Both the position numbers and the translations under genes were made by a program. Shown in pieces: positions 33,044 through 42,637 of a DNA stretch of 64,000 bases. The stretch's first letter is position 1. The number at the start of each line of letters is the position of its first letter. The notes beneath the pieces were generated by a model. The model was not told the origin of the DNA, did not search any database, and was given only the letters and a program-made list of their open reading frames with translations. The stretch spans positions 482-64,481 of the forward strand of contig JAYTLA010000042.1 of the NCBI GenBank assembly GCA_043729825.1, written 5' to 3'. Source of the stretch: Ferruginibacter sp. (GTDB lineage: Bacteria > Bacteroidota > Bacteroidia > Chitinophagales > Chitinophagaceae).

Positions 33044-33436
33044 ATGAAAATTAAAAATAAATTTATACTAATCATTATTGCTATTTCAGTAATTACTTAT
33101 TCTTGCTCTACCACAAATGCTTTTAAAAAAGACAAATCAGCCTTTGATGCATCGCCAGTTATTTCTACCTACAAGGCCATTGGCGATTTAAACGATTCGT
33201 ATTTCACCATACGCCAAAATAACTTTTTCGAATTTTACATGCAGCTATTTGATAGTGTAAAAAACACATCTTACCCTGGCAAGTACACCAAAAATGGCGA
33301 TACATTATTTTTAAACTTTTACAACAAAGGCGCAGAAGTATTTTTGGGCAGCAAAGCACTCATCAATACCGATAAAAAAGAAATTATTTTTTTTGATAAA
33401 TTATTGGGGGTGAAGAGGAAATTGATTTTTAATTAA
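33044..33436 (+). CDS. Hypothetical lipoprotein
   Basis: Signal peptide ending ITYSC. Confidence 0.75.
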   Translation: MKIKNKFILIIIAISVITYSCSTTNAFKKDKSAFDASPVISTYKAIGDLNDSYFTIRQNNFFEFYMQLFDSVKNTSYPGKYTKNGDTLFLNFYNKGAEVFLGSKALINTDKKEIIFFDKLLGVKRKLIFN

Positions 33437-33461
33437 AATTTAAACGTATTTCTCTAAAACT

Positions 33462-33498
33462 TAAAACGCAACGTTTCTTTTGGAAACGTTGCGTTTTA
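33462..33498. terminator. Bidirectional intrinsic terminator
   Basis: TAAAACGCAACGTTTC...GAAACGTTGCGTTTTA between convergent genes. Confidence 0.85.
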
Positions 33499-33516
33499 GT
33501 TGTCATTAGTAAAAAA

Positions 33517-33972
33517 TTATTTGTTTCTTTTTGCTCTTTCTGAAAACTCTGTTCCATTTACAAGAATAAATTCCTCCACAGCTTTGTCATTTAATTTACC
33601 ATTTACAATTAAATTATTTTTTAGAATATACTTAGCTACTTTTTCTTCTTTAAGAGCAAACAAATCTACTTCTGCTTTTGTTTTAGTTGCTAAAAAAATA
33701 AATTCAAAATAGGTAATACTACCATCAGTATTATAAGAGCTTTTTTCCATTGGCGATTTAAAAGATTTTAAGTTAATTCTCATAATCTTATTACTATCTA
33801 TATCATATACTTCAAAATAGCAATCCACACCCCAGCCACAGCCTGTTCTATCTATTTTAAAACTATTTACTCCGTCTATTGTTACTTGATGTGTTTTACT
33901 ATCAACTTTTATTTTTTGTGCATTCACAAAAAAAGGCAGACTCATTAAAATGCAGATGATAATTTTCTTCAT
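33517..33972 (-). CDS. Hypothetical exported protein
   Basis: SPI signal (VNA/Q), 151 aa. Confidence 0.75.
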   Translation of the reverse strand: MKKIIICILMSLPFFVNAQKIKVDSKTHQVTIDGVNSFKIDRTGCGWGVDCYFEVYDIDSNKIMRINLKSFKSPMEKSSYNTDGSITYFEFIFLATKTKAEVDLFALKEEKVAKYILKNNLIVNGKLNDKAVEEFILVNGTEFSERAKRNK

Positions 33973-34074
33973 GTTAGTTTTGTATTTTTTACAAATATAT
34001 TATGTTGGTTTGAAAAAAGTTAGAAAGGAATAAAAAATTCTAATAGAGTTTTCTATATTAAAAAAATAAAAATA

Positions 34075-35022
34075 TTAAGCATCGTCACGCTGCGTTCTAT
34101 TGGCCATATATACACCAAATAAAATTACAAGCAAGCATACAAACTGTTTCCACCAAGCATAAAATATTACGCTCATTATTTCTCCAAAAGGCAAATGCCC
34201 AGCAAAAATAATATCCTTGTGTGTATCCAATATGGCCCACATAATAGCTACTGCTGGTATGGCATACGTAACCATAGATGCAAAAACTATTCCTGCTCTT
34301 TTCATCAACACATAAAAAAATATGGATGCAAAAGCAGTACCCAATACACCCAATATAAATGTATAACCAGTGGCAATAAGCATGGGCTCACTAAAAATAT
34401 CTTGGCTAAAATATCCAGTAAAATATAAAACGATGATAGCAGGAATAGCATTAAGCGAAAGTGCAATGGCCGCAATATCCAAAGATGGTATTCCTTTTAA
34501 ATATTTACCCACCATATTTACATTTATGCCATACAGCATTGTGGCTACTATTACCATTAAAGTATAAAAAACATTAGTGCCAGCATGGGTACTAAATGGC
34601 TGTGCAAAAAACAACAATACACTTCCTACAAAAGAAATACAAATACCCAACATTTTATAAGATGCCACACGAGTATTAAAAAATAGTGCACCCATTATAA
34701 TAGCAAATACTGGCGTGAGGGCATTTAGTGAACCAGCTAGCGAGCTATCGATTTTTGTTTCGGCAAGGCAAAAAAGATACGCTGGCAACAAACTACCTTG
34801 CACTCCCGATAAGAAAATTATCCACAATTTATTTTTAGGAATTGTCTTAAAACGCATAATTGCAACAGGTAAGAGTACAATACCCGAAAAAATAATACGT
34901 AAAGAGGCTACTTGATAAGCTGTTAGACTTACTAAACCTTTTATCATCAAAATAAAACTACTACCCCAAATAAGCGAAAGCACTATAAAAATGAACCAAT
35001 TTGTTGCTTTATTATTCCCCAC
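34075..35022 (-). CDS. DMT/EamA family transporter
   Basis: LSLIWGSSF, about 10 TM in two repeats. Confidence 0.9.
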   Translation of the reverse strand: MGNNKATNWFIFIVLSLIWGSSFILMIKGLVSLTAYQVASLRIIFSGIVLLPVAIMRFKTIPKNKLWIIFLSGVQGSLLPAYLFCLAETKIDSSLAGSLNALTPVFAIIMGALFFNTRVASYKMLGICISFVGSVLLFFAQPFSTHAGTNVFYTLMVIVATMLYGINVNMVGKYLKGIPSLDIAAIALSLNAIPAIIVLYFTGYFSQDIFSEPMLIATGYTFILGVLGTAFASIFFYVLMKRAGIVFASMVTYAIPAVAIMWAILDTHKDIIFAGHLPFGEIMSVIFYAWWKQFVCLLVILFGVYMANRTQRDDA

Positions 35023-35139
35023 ATGCTATAATTTGTGCAAAGGTGTGGGATAAATAATTACTGTTCAATGTATTTTTTAAATAATTTTTTCTTTCTTTTG
35101 TTGCTAAATCAAATTTAAAAACCTCAAAAACTTAAAATT

Positions 35140-35556
35140 ATGGGATTCATTAAAGAATTTAAAGAATTTGCTGCCACAGGTAGCCTAGTTGACGTAGCAG
35201 CTGCTTTCGTAATGGGTGGTGCTATAGCAAAAGTAGTATCTGCATTTATTGATGGTATGGTTATGCCTGCTATTGGTATGCTATTAGGCGGTAAGAATTT
35301 TAATGACATGGCACTTCAATTAAAAGAAGGCGTACCAGCTGATGCAGTTGCCAAAACTGCAGAAATACCAGCCGTGTTAGTAAAATATGGTGCTTTTATT
35401 TCTCAGTGTATAGAGTTTTTAGTAGTTGCCTTAGTAGTATTCATGGCTCTAAAAGCTATCAACAAAATGAAAAAAGCAAAAGCAGAAGAACCAGCTCCAG
35501 CTCCACCAGCAGACATCACTTTGCTTACTGAAATACGTGATGCATTAAGAAAATAA
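35140..35556 (+). CDS. mscL: Large-conductance mechanosensitive channel
   Basis: FIKEFKEFA, VDVAAAFVMGGA, LLTEIRDAL. Confidence 0.95.
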   Translation: MGFIKEFKEFAATGSLVDVAAAFVMGGAIAKVVSAFIDGMVMPAIGMLLGGKNFNDMALQLKEGVPADAVAKTAEIPAVLVKYGAFISQCIEFLVVALVVFMALKAINKMKKAKAEEPAPAPPADITLLTEIRDALRK

Positions 35557-35576
35557 TATTTTCTTTTATACATAAT

Positions 35577-35611
35577 AAAAAAAATACATCATTTATTGAT
35601 GTATTTTTTTT
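35577..35611 (+). terminator. Intrinsic terminator after mscL
   Basis: AAAAAAATACATCA-TTTAT-TGATGTATTTTTTT. Confidence 0.7.
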
Positions 35612-35680
35612 GCCTATAAGAAACCTTTTGTGATGTAAACAAGTCTTTAGCAAAACTATATACCCATTAAAATGTACAAC

Positions 35681-36565
35681 ATGAAAACAAAAATTTTCTT
35701 ATTAGCTGCAACCCTATTTGCCGCTACAAATGTAAAAGCACAATCAACACCCGAAGCCAATGCCGCAGCAGCAAAGCTAACTACTGGAAAAGCCGATCTT
35801 AAAGAAGGTTGGACAAAAGGCGGCACCTTAAATTTTTCTGTAAGTGAAGCAGGAATAAACAACGAATGGCATGAAGCTAATGCTGGTGAACTTTCTTTTA
35901 TAGGCATAAAAGGAATTGTAGATTATAATTTTGATAGAAAAAAAGGAAAAACAAATTGGCTAAATTCTTTTAGAGGAAGATACGGCGTAGCAAAAACAAC
36001 TTCTACCGGCGACGCATTTTTAAAAAATGATGATTATTTAAACTTTAACTCTATTTATGGTAAAGAGTTTCGTAAAAATTGGAGTTATGCAGGTTATTTT
36101 GGTTTAGAATCAAAATTTGAAAATGCATTTATGACTCCAGGCTACATAAAATTTGGTCCTGGTGTAATGTACAAACCAAATGCACATTTTTCTGTGTTAA
36201 TATCTCCATTAATGGCTCAGGTAACAACAAAACTAAAATCTAGTTTAAAAAATGAAAGTAAATATGGTGTTGATTCTGCTAAAACTGCTGCCTTTGGGCT
36301 TGGTGCATTTATTCAAGCAAATGCCAATTATGATTTAGCAAAAGGCATTAATTATAAATCTACCACTACTTTATACTCAAATTACCTTAAAAACCCTGGT
36401 AATATGGTTTTTGATATGAACAACTTATTTACATTTACTGTAAATAAATACATTGGTGCTACGCTATTATTAAATGCACGTTACAATGATAACGATGAAA
36501 TTAGTGGCGTTTCTGGTATGCAAGTACAACATTCAATAGGGCTTGGGTTAAATTATAAATTATAA
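35681..36565 (+). CDS. DUF3078-like outer-membrane beta-barrel
   Basis: Signal peptide, GWTKGG, LYSNYLKNP, terminal GLGLNYKL. Confidence 0.8.
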   Translation: MKTKIFLLAATLFAATNVKAQSTPEANAAAAKLTTGKADLKEGWTKGGTLNFSVSEAGINNEWHEANAGELSFIGIKGIVDYNFDRKKGKTNWLNSFRGRYGVAKTTSTGDAFLKNDDYLNFNSIYGKEFRKNWSYAGYFGLESKFENAFMTPGYIKFGPGVMYKPNAHFSVLISPLMAQVTTKLKSSLKNESKYGVDSAKTAAFGLGAFIQANANYDLAKGINYKSTTTLYSNYLKNPGNMVFDMNNLFTFTVNKYIGATLLLNARYNDNDEISGVSGMQVQHSIGLGLNYKL

Positions 36566-36651
36566 CTAGATTTCTTAAAAACTCAATAAATTAATACATT
36601 TGCATCCCTACAGCACAGCTGTAGGGATTCTTTTTTATAAATACTTTTTAC

Positions 36652-37455
36652 GTGAGCACCAACGAATCATACCAAATAAAGCTAGACGAATTTGAAGGAC
36701 CATTCGACCTGTTACTTTTTTTTATAGAAAGAGATGAATTAGATATTTACAATATTCCTATTACAAAAATTACCAACGAGTTTTTAGATCATATTCACGC
36801 AAGCGAAAAATTGAATATAGAACTCGGTAGCGAGTTTATTTTATTCATCAGTACACTCATGCGCATAAAAGCAAAAATGCTTTTACCACGCAAAGAAATA
36901 GATGCACAAGGAAATGAAATAGATCCACGACAAGAATTAATAGACAAAATACTTGAATACAAAAAATTTAAAGAAGCATCTGCACAAATGGCCGAAATGG
37001 AAGCCATACGTATGCTGATGATAAAGCGTGGAAATTTGCAACGTGAGCTTTCGAGCATTGGAGAAGAAGCTGGTGAAGGAACAGAAATACAAACCGTTAC
37101 TTTATTTAAGTTGATGAAGGCTTTTGAAAAAGTAGCACAACGTTTACACGAAAAAAATAACAAACCTGTACATACTGTTGTGCAATACGGCTACACTATG
37201 GAAGGCGTGCGTGAGCACATGTTGTACATAAGCAAAAAACACAAAACACTTGCCTTCGAAAAAATATTTGACGAATGTGAAAATCGTATTCACGCCATAT
37301 TTATTTTCTTAAATATGCTAGAGCTGGTTCAGCAAAAATTCTTACACATACTTATTGGAGAAGGCAGAAACAATTTTATTATTGAGTACAATGAAGACAG
37401 ACAAGAAGACCAAAGTACAATGCTGACTGCGGATGATTTTAGTCACCTTAATTAG
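36652..37455 (+). CDS. scpA: Segregation and condensation protein A
   Basis: FEGPFDLLLFFI, RIKAKMLLP, DPRQELI. Confidence 0.93.
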   Translation: MSTNESYQIKLDEFEGPFDLLLFFIERDELDIYNIPITKITNEFLDHIHASEKLNIELGSEFILFISTLMRIKAKMLLPRKEIDAQGNEIDPRQELIDKILEYKKFKEASAQMAEMEAIRMLMIKRGNLQRELSSIGEEAGEGTEIQTVTLFKLMKAFEKVAQRLHEKNNKPVHTVVQYGYTMEGVREHMLYISKKHKTLAFEKIFDECENRIHAIFIFLNMLELVQQKFLHILIGEGRNNFIIEYNEDRQEDQSTMLTADDFSHLN

Positions 37456-37742
37456 TTATTGGTTGATTAGTTTTTAGTTTACCCAATTTTTTGACGCTTT
37501 TAAAAAATGAAAAATATTTCTTGGACAAAAATTTCATTTTTGTACAAGCTAAAACACAGCTATGGTCAGTCCCGAAATTTCGGGATGTCACTCACTTCAT
37601 CGGCATACCATTTCTTGTCACTATACTTGTGTAGGGATTCATCTTTTATTATGCAATAGATTATGCCATTTATTTTAAATTAAACTCATGACAAAATTAC
37701 AATTGGTATATTAATTGATGTTTAGACAACAAATATTTTAAA

Positions 37743-38462
37743 ATGAAAACAATAATAACAAGAGCAAACGAAAGAGGCACAGCCAACCATGGTTGGTTAA
37801 AGCCTGCACATTATTTTAGTTTTGGTGGTTGGCAAAATCCTGATAAAGTACATTTTGGTGCATTACGGGTTTTAAACGATGATTGGATAGCTGGAGGTGG
37901 TGCTTTTCCTACACACCCGCACGACAATATGGAAATTGTAACCATACCATTTACTGGTGCACTAAAACACAAAGACAGCACTGGCGGCGCAGGTATTATA
38001 CAAGCAGGCGATGTACAAATAATGAGTGCAGGCACGGGTGTACAACACAGCGAAGCAAACGAAAGCGATACTGAACCCGTTACGCTTTTTCAATTGTGGG
38101 TTTTTCCAAAAGAAAAAAATATTACACCACGCTACGACCAACGGCATTTTGATATTAAAGAAAGAGAAGGTAAATGGCAAGTAGTAGTTTCTCCATTAGA
38201 AGAAGACCATGCCCTTTGGATAAACCAAGAGGCTCGTTTTTCGTTAGCCAATATTAAAGCAGGCGAAAAAATTAATTATGAAAATGCTTTTGCGGGCAAT
38301 GGCGTTTATTTGGTTGTAATAAAAGGTACTGTAGAAATAGATGGCGTAACATTTGAAAACAGAGATGCTGTTGGCATATCGGAAGCAGATAGTTTTACAA
38401 TAAATGTTTTAGAAGATGCAGAGTTGTTGGCGGTGGAAGTACCAATGGAAGGCTTCCTCTAA
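37743..38462 (+). CDS. Pirin family protein
   Basis: HPHDNMEI, MSAGTGVQHSE, FQLWVFP. Confidence 0.93.
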   Translation: MKTIITRANERGTANHGWLKPAHYFSFGGWQNPDKVHFGALRVLNDDWIAGGGAFPTHPHDNMEIVTIPFTGALKHKDSTGGAGIIQAGDVQIMSAGTGVQHSEANESDTEPVTLFQLWVFPKEKNITPRYDQRHFDIKEREGKWQVVVSPLEEDHALWINQEARFSLANIKAGEKINYENAFAGNGVYLVVIKGTVEIDGVTFENRDAVGISEADSFTINVLEDAELLAVEVPMEGFL

Positions 38463-38481
38463 CTTCTCCAATAGGGAAGAA

Positions 38482-39123
38482 TTAATAAAATATCCAAAGC
38501 AACACAGGTTTATCAGCCTTATCAATATATTTTTTTAGCAATGGTAAAAATGATGGGCTCACTGTAGGGCAGCCCAAACTTGTACAAATTGGAAATGGAT
38601 CTACTTCTTGCGTAGGTACACATGAATGCGCATGCAGTACAACATATCTTTCAAAAGCTTTGTTATTGCTAGCTTCTAGGCCATACAATTTAAATGCCAT
38701 ACCAAATTTTCCGATATACTCATTTCCAATTTTATATTTCCCAATTGATGTAGCATTGCCATTGGGTATATTATTAAATGTAAGTGCATCACTATTAGTT
38801 TGAGAGCCACCACCATGGGTTACAAGTCCACTATGCAAAATGGTATCTTGTATTAAATCATACACAAAAAATCTTTTTTTCCCAGATGGTATTTTCATGT
38901 CTATCAAAAAACAATAATCCTCGCAATAATTATTTGCTTTTACAAATGGTTTTATTTTTTCGCCATAACTTTTAATGTGGTCAATTTCTTTATCAGCTAT
39001 TGCTTTTTCAGCAAAGGGTTTTGCAAAGGCCGTTTTTACATAGAGCAATGGTTTTGTATTTCCAAAAAACACAAAAGCAGAGAATAGAGTTATGGTTGTA
39101 ATGCCCACTAATAAAAATTTCAT
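38482..39123 (-). CDS. Murein L,D-transpeptidase catalytic-domain family protein (YkuD_2-like); start moved to 39123
   Basis: KRFFVYDL, VTHG, LYGLEASNNKAFERYVVLH, SLGCP. Confidence 0.85.
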   Translation of the reverse strand: MKFLLVGITTITLFSAFVFFGNTKPLLYVKTAFAKPFAEKAIADKEIDHIKSYGEKIKPFVKANNYCEDYCFLIDMKIPSGKKRFFVYDLIQDTILHSGLVTHGGGSQTNSDALTFNNIPNGNATSIGKYKIGNEYIGKFGMAFKLYGLEASNNKAFERYVVLHAHSCVPTQEVDPFPICTSLGCPTVSPSFLPLLKKYIDKADKPVLLWIFY

Positions 39124-39260
39124 GCAACGAATATTTTTATAAAGATTCAAAATAAAAATATTTCCATAAATAGGTTTAACAAAAAAATAAGGCATGTGTA
39201 TAACATGCCTTATAGAGATCCCTATATTTCAACCCCCCGATTGAAATTATTTTATATACT

Positions 39261-40550
39261 TTATTTTTGAAACTGATAACAACATTTATTACATGGCACA
39301 CCACCACAGTATCCAATAATGCAAAGCGTATATGCACCATGCGATGACAATGTTGGCATGGCTTGAGTGGTTCCAGAACCTACAAGTCCTGATGTCCATG
39401 AAAAAGGCCCTCCAGGTCCACTAATTTTATTTATGGTATATTCTACTTGAGCCGCACAGCCAGTTGTAACACAATTGTAAATAACATTTAAAAATAATGT
39501 AGATGGAATAATACCAGAAATGTATTTACCACATTTAGGCAAAGTGCTTGAAGGCGTACTTGTACTACCATATAATTTTGCACCCCAAGTGCTGTTATTG
39601 CAACAACTAGCGGCGGCGGCTTTTGCATTTGGAGGAAAAGTAATTTTATCATTTTTATTTATTACATAAAAAACTTTGGGTTCACTTCTTCCTTCATAAT
39701 TTGCATCTACCGCTACTGGGTTTTGCAAAGCATCCAATGTTTGTATACTCCAAATAAATTGCTTACCTCCTTTTATTGAACCATCCCAACCTTTTCTTTG
39801 TGCAGCAGAATCTATTTTTTCATCTTCTACAAACCCCAGTATGCCTTGTGGCTGCCAAATAAATTGTGTTCTTTCAATAATAATTTGATCTAGTACTGGC
39901 TGGTTACTTCTTAGTGCTTGCATTGGTGCTTGATTTTGCAACACTTCAAAAACTTGCAAACGATAATATGTTGCACCTTGTGGTTTTGGCACAAGTGGTG
40001 TCCAACGAAAAGTTATGGCAGTTCTTGCTTTTACAATATCTAGCTCTTGCTCGTTTGCTGGCATCATACAAATAGGTAATTGTGCAGAAGCAACATAAAA
40101 AGATTTGCATTGCTGTGGGGCAAGTGGCGCAAAGGTTGTAGGCTCTACCAGCTCTACACAAATTTGATAATTATCAGCTGGTAATTTGCCAGTTCTATTT
40201 AAACTGTTTTGGTATTTGCCAGTAAACTGCTGTATTTCTAATGGATAAACAACACCTGCATCTAATACCGTTTGTCCATCAGGCAAGGTAATTATTTGTG
40301 CAAGATTTAAGTTTGTTGTGGACACTTCTGTACCATCAGAAGATTTTACTGTAGTTTTAATTTTTACACGCATTCCCCCTTGTGTACCGCCGCCTATATT
40401 GTTTACAATGAGTGTAACAGTACCCTTAATTGCAGCCCACTTAATAAGCGTAGCTGGTGGACGGGCGTTTACAATTAAATTAGTTGTAAGCTGCGCATTT
40501 GCTATTACTGTAAAAAGTAAAAAAAATGCTAATAGAATTTTATATTTCAT
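39261..40550 (-). CDS. Exported Ig/FN3-like paralog 3 with C-terminal Cys-rich domain B
   Basis: SPI signal; TFRWTP, YRLQVFE, QALRSNQP shared with the two paralogs; tail YCGGVPCNKC. Confidence 0.8.
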   Translation of the reverse strand: MKYKILLAFFLLFTVIANAQLTTNLIVNARPPATLIKWAAIKGTVTLIVNNIGGGTQGGMRVKIKTTVKSSDGTEVSTTNLNLAQIITLPDGQTVLDAGVVYPLEIQQFTGKYQNSLNRTGKLPADNYQICVELVEPTTFAPLAPQQCKSFYVASAQLPICMMPANEQELDIVKARTAITFRWTPLVPKPQGATYYRLQVFEVLQNQAPMQALRSNQPVLDQIIIERTQFIWQPQGILGFVEDEKIDSAAQRKGWDGSIKGGKQFIWSIQTLDALQNPVAVDANYEGRSEPKVFYVINKNDKITFPPNAKAAAASCCNNSTWGAKLYGSTSTPSSTLPKCGKYISGIIPSTLFLNVIYNCVTTGCAAQVEYTINKISGPGGPFSWTSGLVGSGTTQAMPTLSSHGAYTLCIIGYCGGVPCNKCCYQFQK

Positions 40551-40580
40551 AAGTTAAATATTCTGTTTTAAAATTTGTTT

Positions 40581-40635
40581 GTAGGAATTCGCCTGTGGCG
40601 AATTCTTTTTTGAACACGCCACAGGCGTGTTCCTA
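40581..40635. repeat. GTAG-type REP doublet in inverted orientation
   Basis: GTAGGAATTCGCCTGTGGCGAATTC followed by GAACACGCCACAGGCGTGTTCCTAC. Confidence 0.75.
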
Positions 40636-42363
40636 CTAGAATTTATACTGCAACCCTGTTCGTACAGTACTTTCCAAATACTGTGCGCCAAAATATGTAC
40701 CACCTAATTGATCGCCGTATTTATAATAGTTTGTTGTTAAAAAATTTGTCCACGTAAGTTTTTTATTTATTTTATAATCTACATTACAACTTGCAATAAC
40801 ATTATTTTCGGGTGTAAAACTATTAAATGTACTTAGTGTGTATTGCAACTGCCCTCTTAATTTTATTTTATCTTTTGCCACGGGTACCGCAAGCCCAGCG
40901 CTCAATGTAGCAAAAATAATTTTTGCCAATGAGGCATCGTTGTAAAAATACAATGCACTAAAATCAGGCGATATTTTTCTGTTGAAATAAACTGGAATAT
41001 AAGATAGCAATGCTGTGTGTGTATTGTTTAAAGAATTTGTAGCTGGGCCTCCACCAAATGGAATAAGCGTTTCTTTATAATTACTATAATTGTAACTTAA
41101 ACTAAGCGTATTGCTCATTTTGCTGTTGCTCCAAGTATAAGTAGGATTTATACCAGCATCGGTACTCACATTTTTTATACTAGTACCACCTGGTGCAAGA
41201 ACACCTGGCGTGTTAAAACCAAAATTATTAAAACTTACATTTAAACTAAACTTATCATTAAACTGAGTAAACCAATTTAGCATCCCTATTAATTGCTTTG
41301 CCTGTGGCCCTAATGTACCAGATACATTATTGAAACGTTGCCCTATACTTGCTACCACATTTGATTTATTTTTCCATGTATTAAAACGAGTGTTTAAAGT
41401 ATAATCAAACCTATCGGGCTGCATGTAAGGGTAGCCAGGCAATTGAAAACCTGCACCTACATATTTTGTACCAAGCCCAATATCAAAATTGGTTGACTTT
41501 TTACCAAAAGAAAAATTAGCCGCATAATCAGATGTAGTAGAAGTTCTAGCTTCTATAAATGGTTTAAAAGATTTCATTGCAGGATTTAGCGGATCATTTT
41601 CATCGGTTGTATAAATTGAATTTGCCCCTTCCGATTTTATGTACCATCCTTTTTTAAAATCTTTGTTTACTTGCATGCTTACCGTAAATCCTTCTTGTGG
41701 TGTAATAGGTATTGGTGGAGGTGTGGCAACCGAAGAAATTTTATCCTGCCCTTTCGCAAAATTAAAAGCAACTAAATAATTTCCTTCTTTTTCTTTACCA
41801 ATACTAAACATGTAATGACTGCGCTGATAAGCACCTTGCACGCCTGGTAATGGAATTGGTGCGTAATCAATACCACGTTGAGAAACTCCTGTAAAAAATT
41901 TAATTCTATAATCGCCAGGCTTTAATGAAAACCCTGCACCAAAAATACCCACATCGCCAGTAGACAAATCAGAATATTTTAAATACTGTGTACCCAATTG
42001 AAATTCGGCCCATTTGTAAGTAGGGTTCAATCCAAAATTATTCATAGGGTTGGTAAGGTACTGCCCAATATTTTGATTTTTTATACCAGAAAATGGTCCT
42101 GCAAAATTTGTAGGAAATGCTGCAAAATTAAAATTTACAGGCAAAGAAAAATTTTTGCCAAATTTAAATGTAGGCATAAAATTAAACCGTACTTGGTTCC
42201 ATGGGCGGCGAGGTTGATAACCAGTAAAACCAGTAGGGTTTCTATCTAACCCATAGCCTTCGTAAGTTACACCTGCAGTGCCGGTTATACTTACGGGGCT
42301 TTTCTTTTGTGCATAGCTTTGTAAACTTGCTATAAAAAAAAGGATGATTAAAAATTGTTTCAT
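40636..42363 (-). CDS. Uncharacterised outer-membrane beta-barrel (575 aa; start moved to 42363)
   Basis: SPI signal MKQFLIILFF...YA/Q, amphipathic aromatic-rich strands, terminal GLQYKF. Confidence 0.78.
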   Translation of the reverse strand: MKQFLIILFFIASLQSYAQKKSPVSITGTAGVTYEGYGLDRNPTGFTGYQPRRPWNQVRFNFMPTFKFGKNFSLPVNFNFAAFPTNFAGPFSGIKNQNIGQYLTNPMNNFGLNPTYKWAEFQLGTQYLKYSDLSTGDVGIFGAGFSLKPGDYRIKFFTGVSQRGIDYAPIPLPGVQGAYQRSHYMFSIGKEKEGNYLVAFNFAKGQDKISSVATPPPIPITPQEGFTVSMQVNKDFKKGWYIKSEGANSIYTTDENDPLNPAMKSFKPFIEARTSTTSDYAANFSFGKKSTNFDIGLGTKYVGAGFQLPGYPYMQPDRFDYTLNTRFNTWKNKSNVVASIGQRFNNVSGTLGPQAKQLIGMLNWFTQFNDKFSLNVSFNNFGFNTPGVLAPGGTSIKNVSTDAGINPTYTWSNSKMSNTLSLSYNYSNYKETLIPFGGGPATNSLNNTHTALLSYIPVYFNRKISPDFSALYFYNDASLAKIIFATLSAGLAVPVAKDKIKLRGQLQYTLSTFNSFTPENNVIASCNVDYKINKKLTWTNFLTTNYYKYGDQLGGTYFGAQYLESTVRTGLQYKF

Positions 42364-42424
42364 GTAGGTTAGTTTAATTGGTAATGTAAATATTGCGTTT
42401 TGTTTTGGGTTATAAAAGGGTAAA

Positions 42425-42457
42425 TGTATAAGCGTACTTAATAAATGTATAAGCGTA
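42425..42457 (-). promoter_or_regulatory. Putative LytTR operator upstream of the beta-barrel gene
   Basis: TGTATAAGCGTA at 42425 and 42446, 21-bp period. Confidence 0.75.
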
Positions 42458-42637
42458 TTATAAGTAGAAGTAGATTTGGCTAAATCGATTCCCATGCAAA
42501 ATTTGTTTATACGTTTATTCATAATTATTTAATATGCAAGTTGCTTCATCATGCTTGTATAAGAAATGTTTGTTCAACTACAATTTCTCCGTTGTTTAAC
42601 GATAAATATTTTTTAGATATTTCTACATTTATTCATT

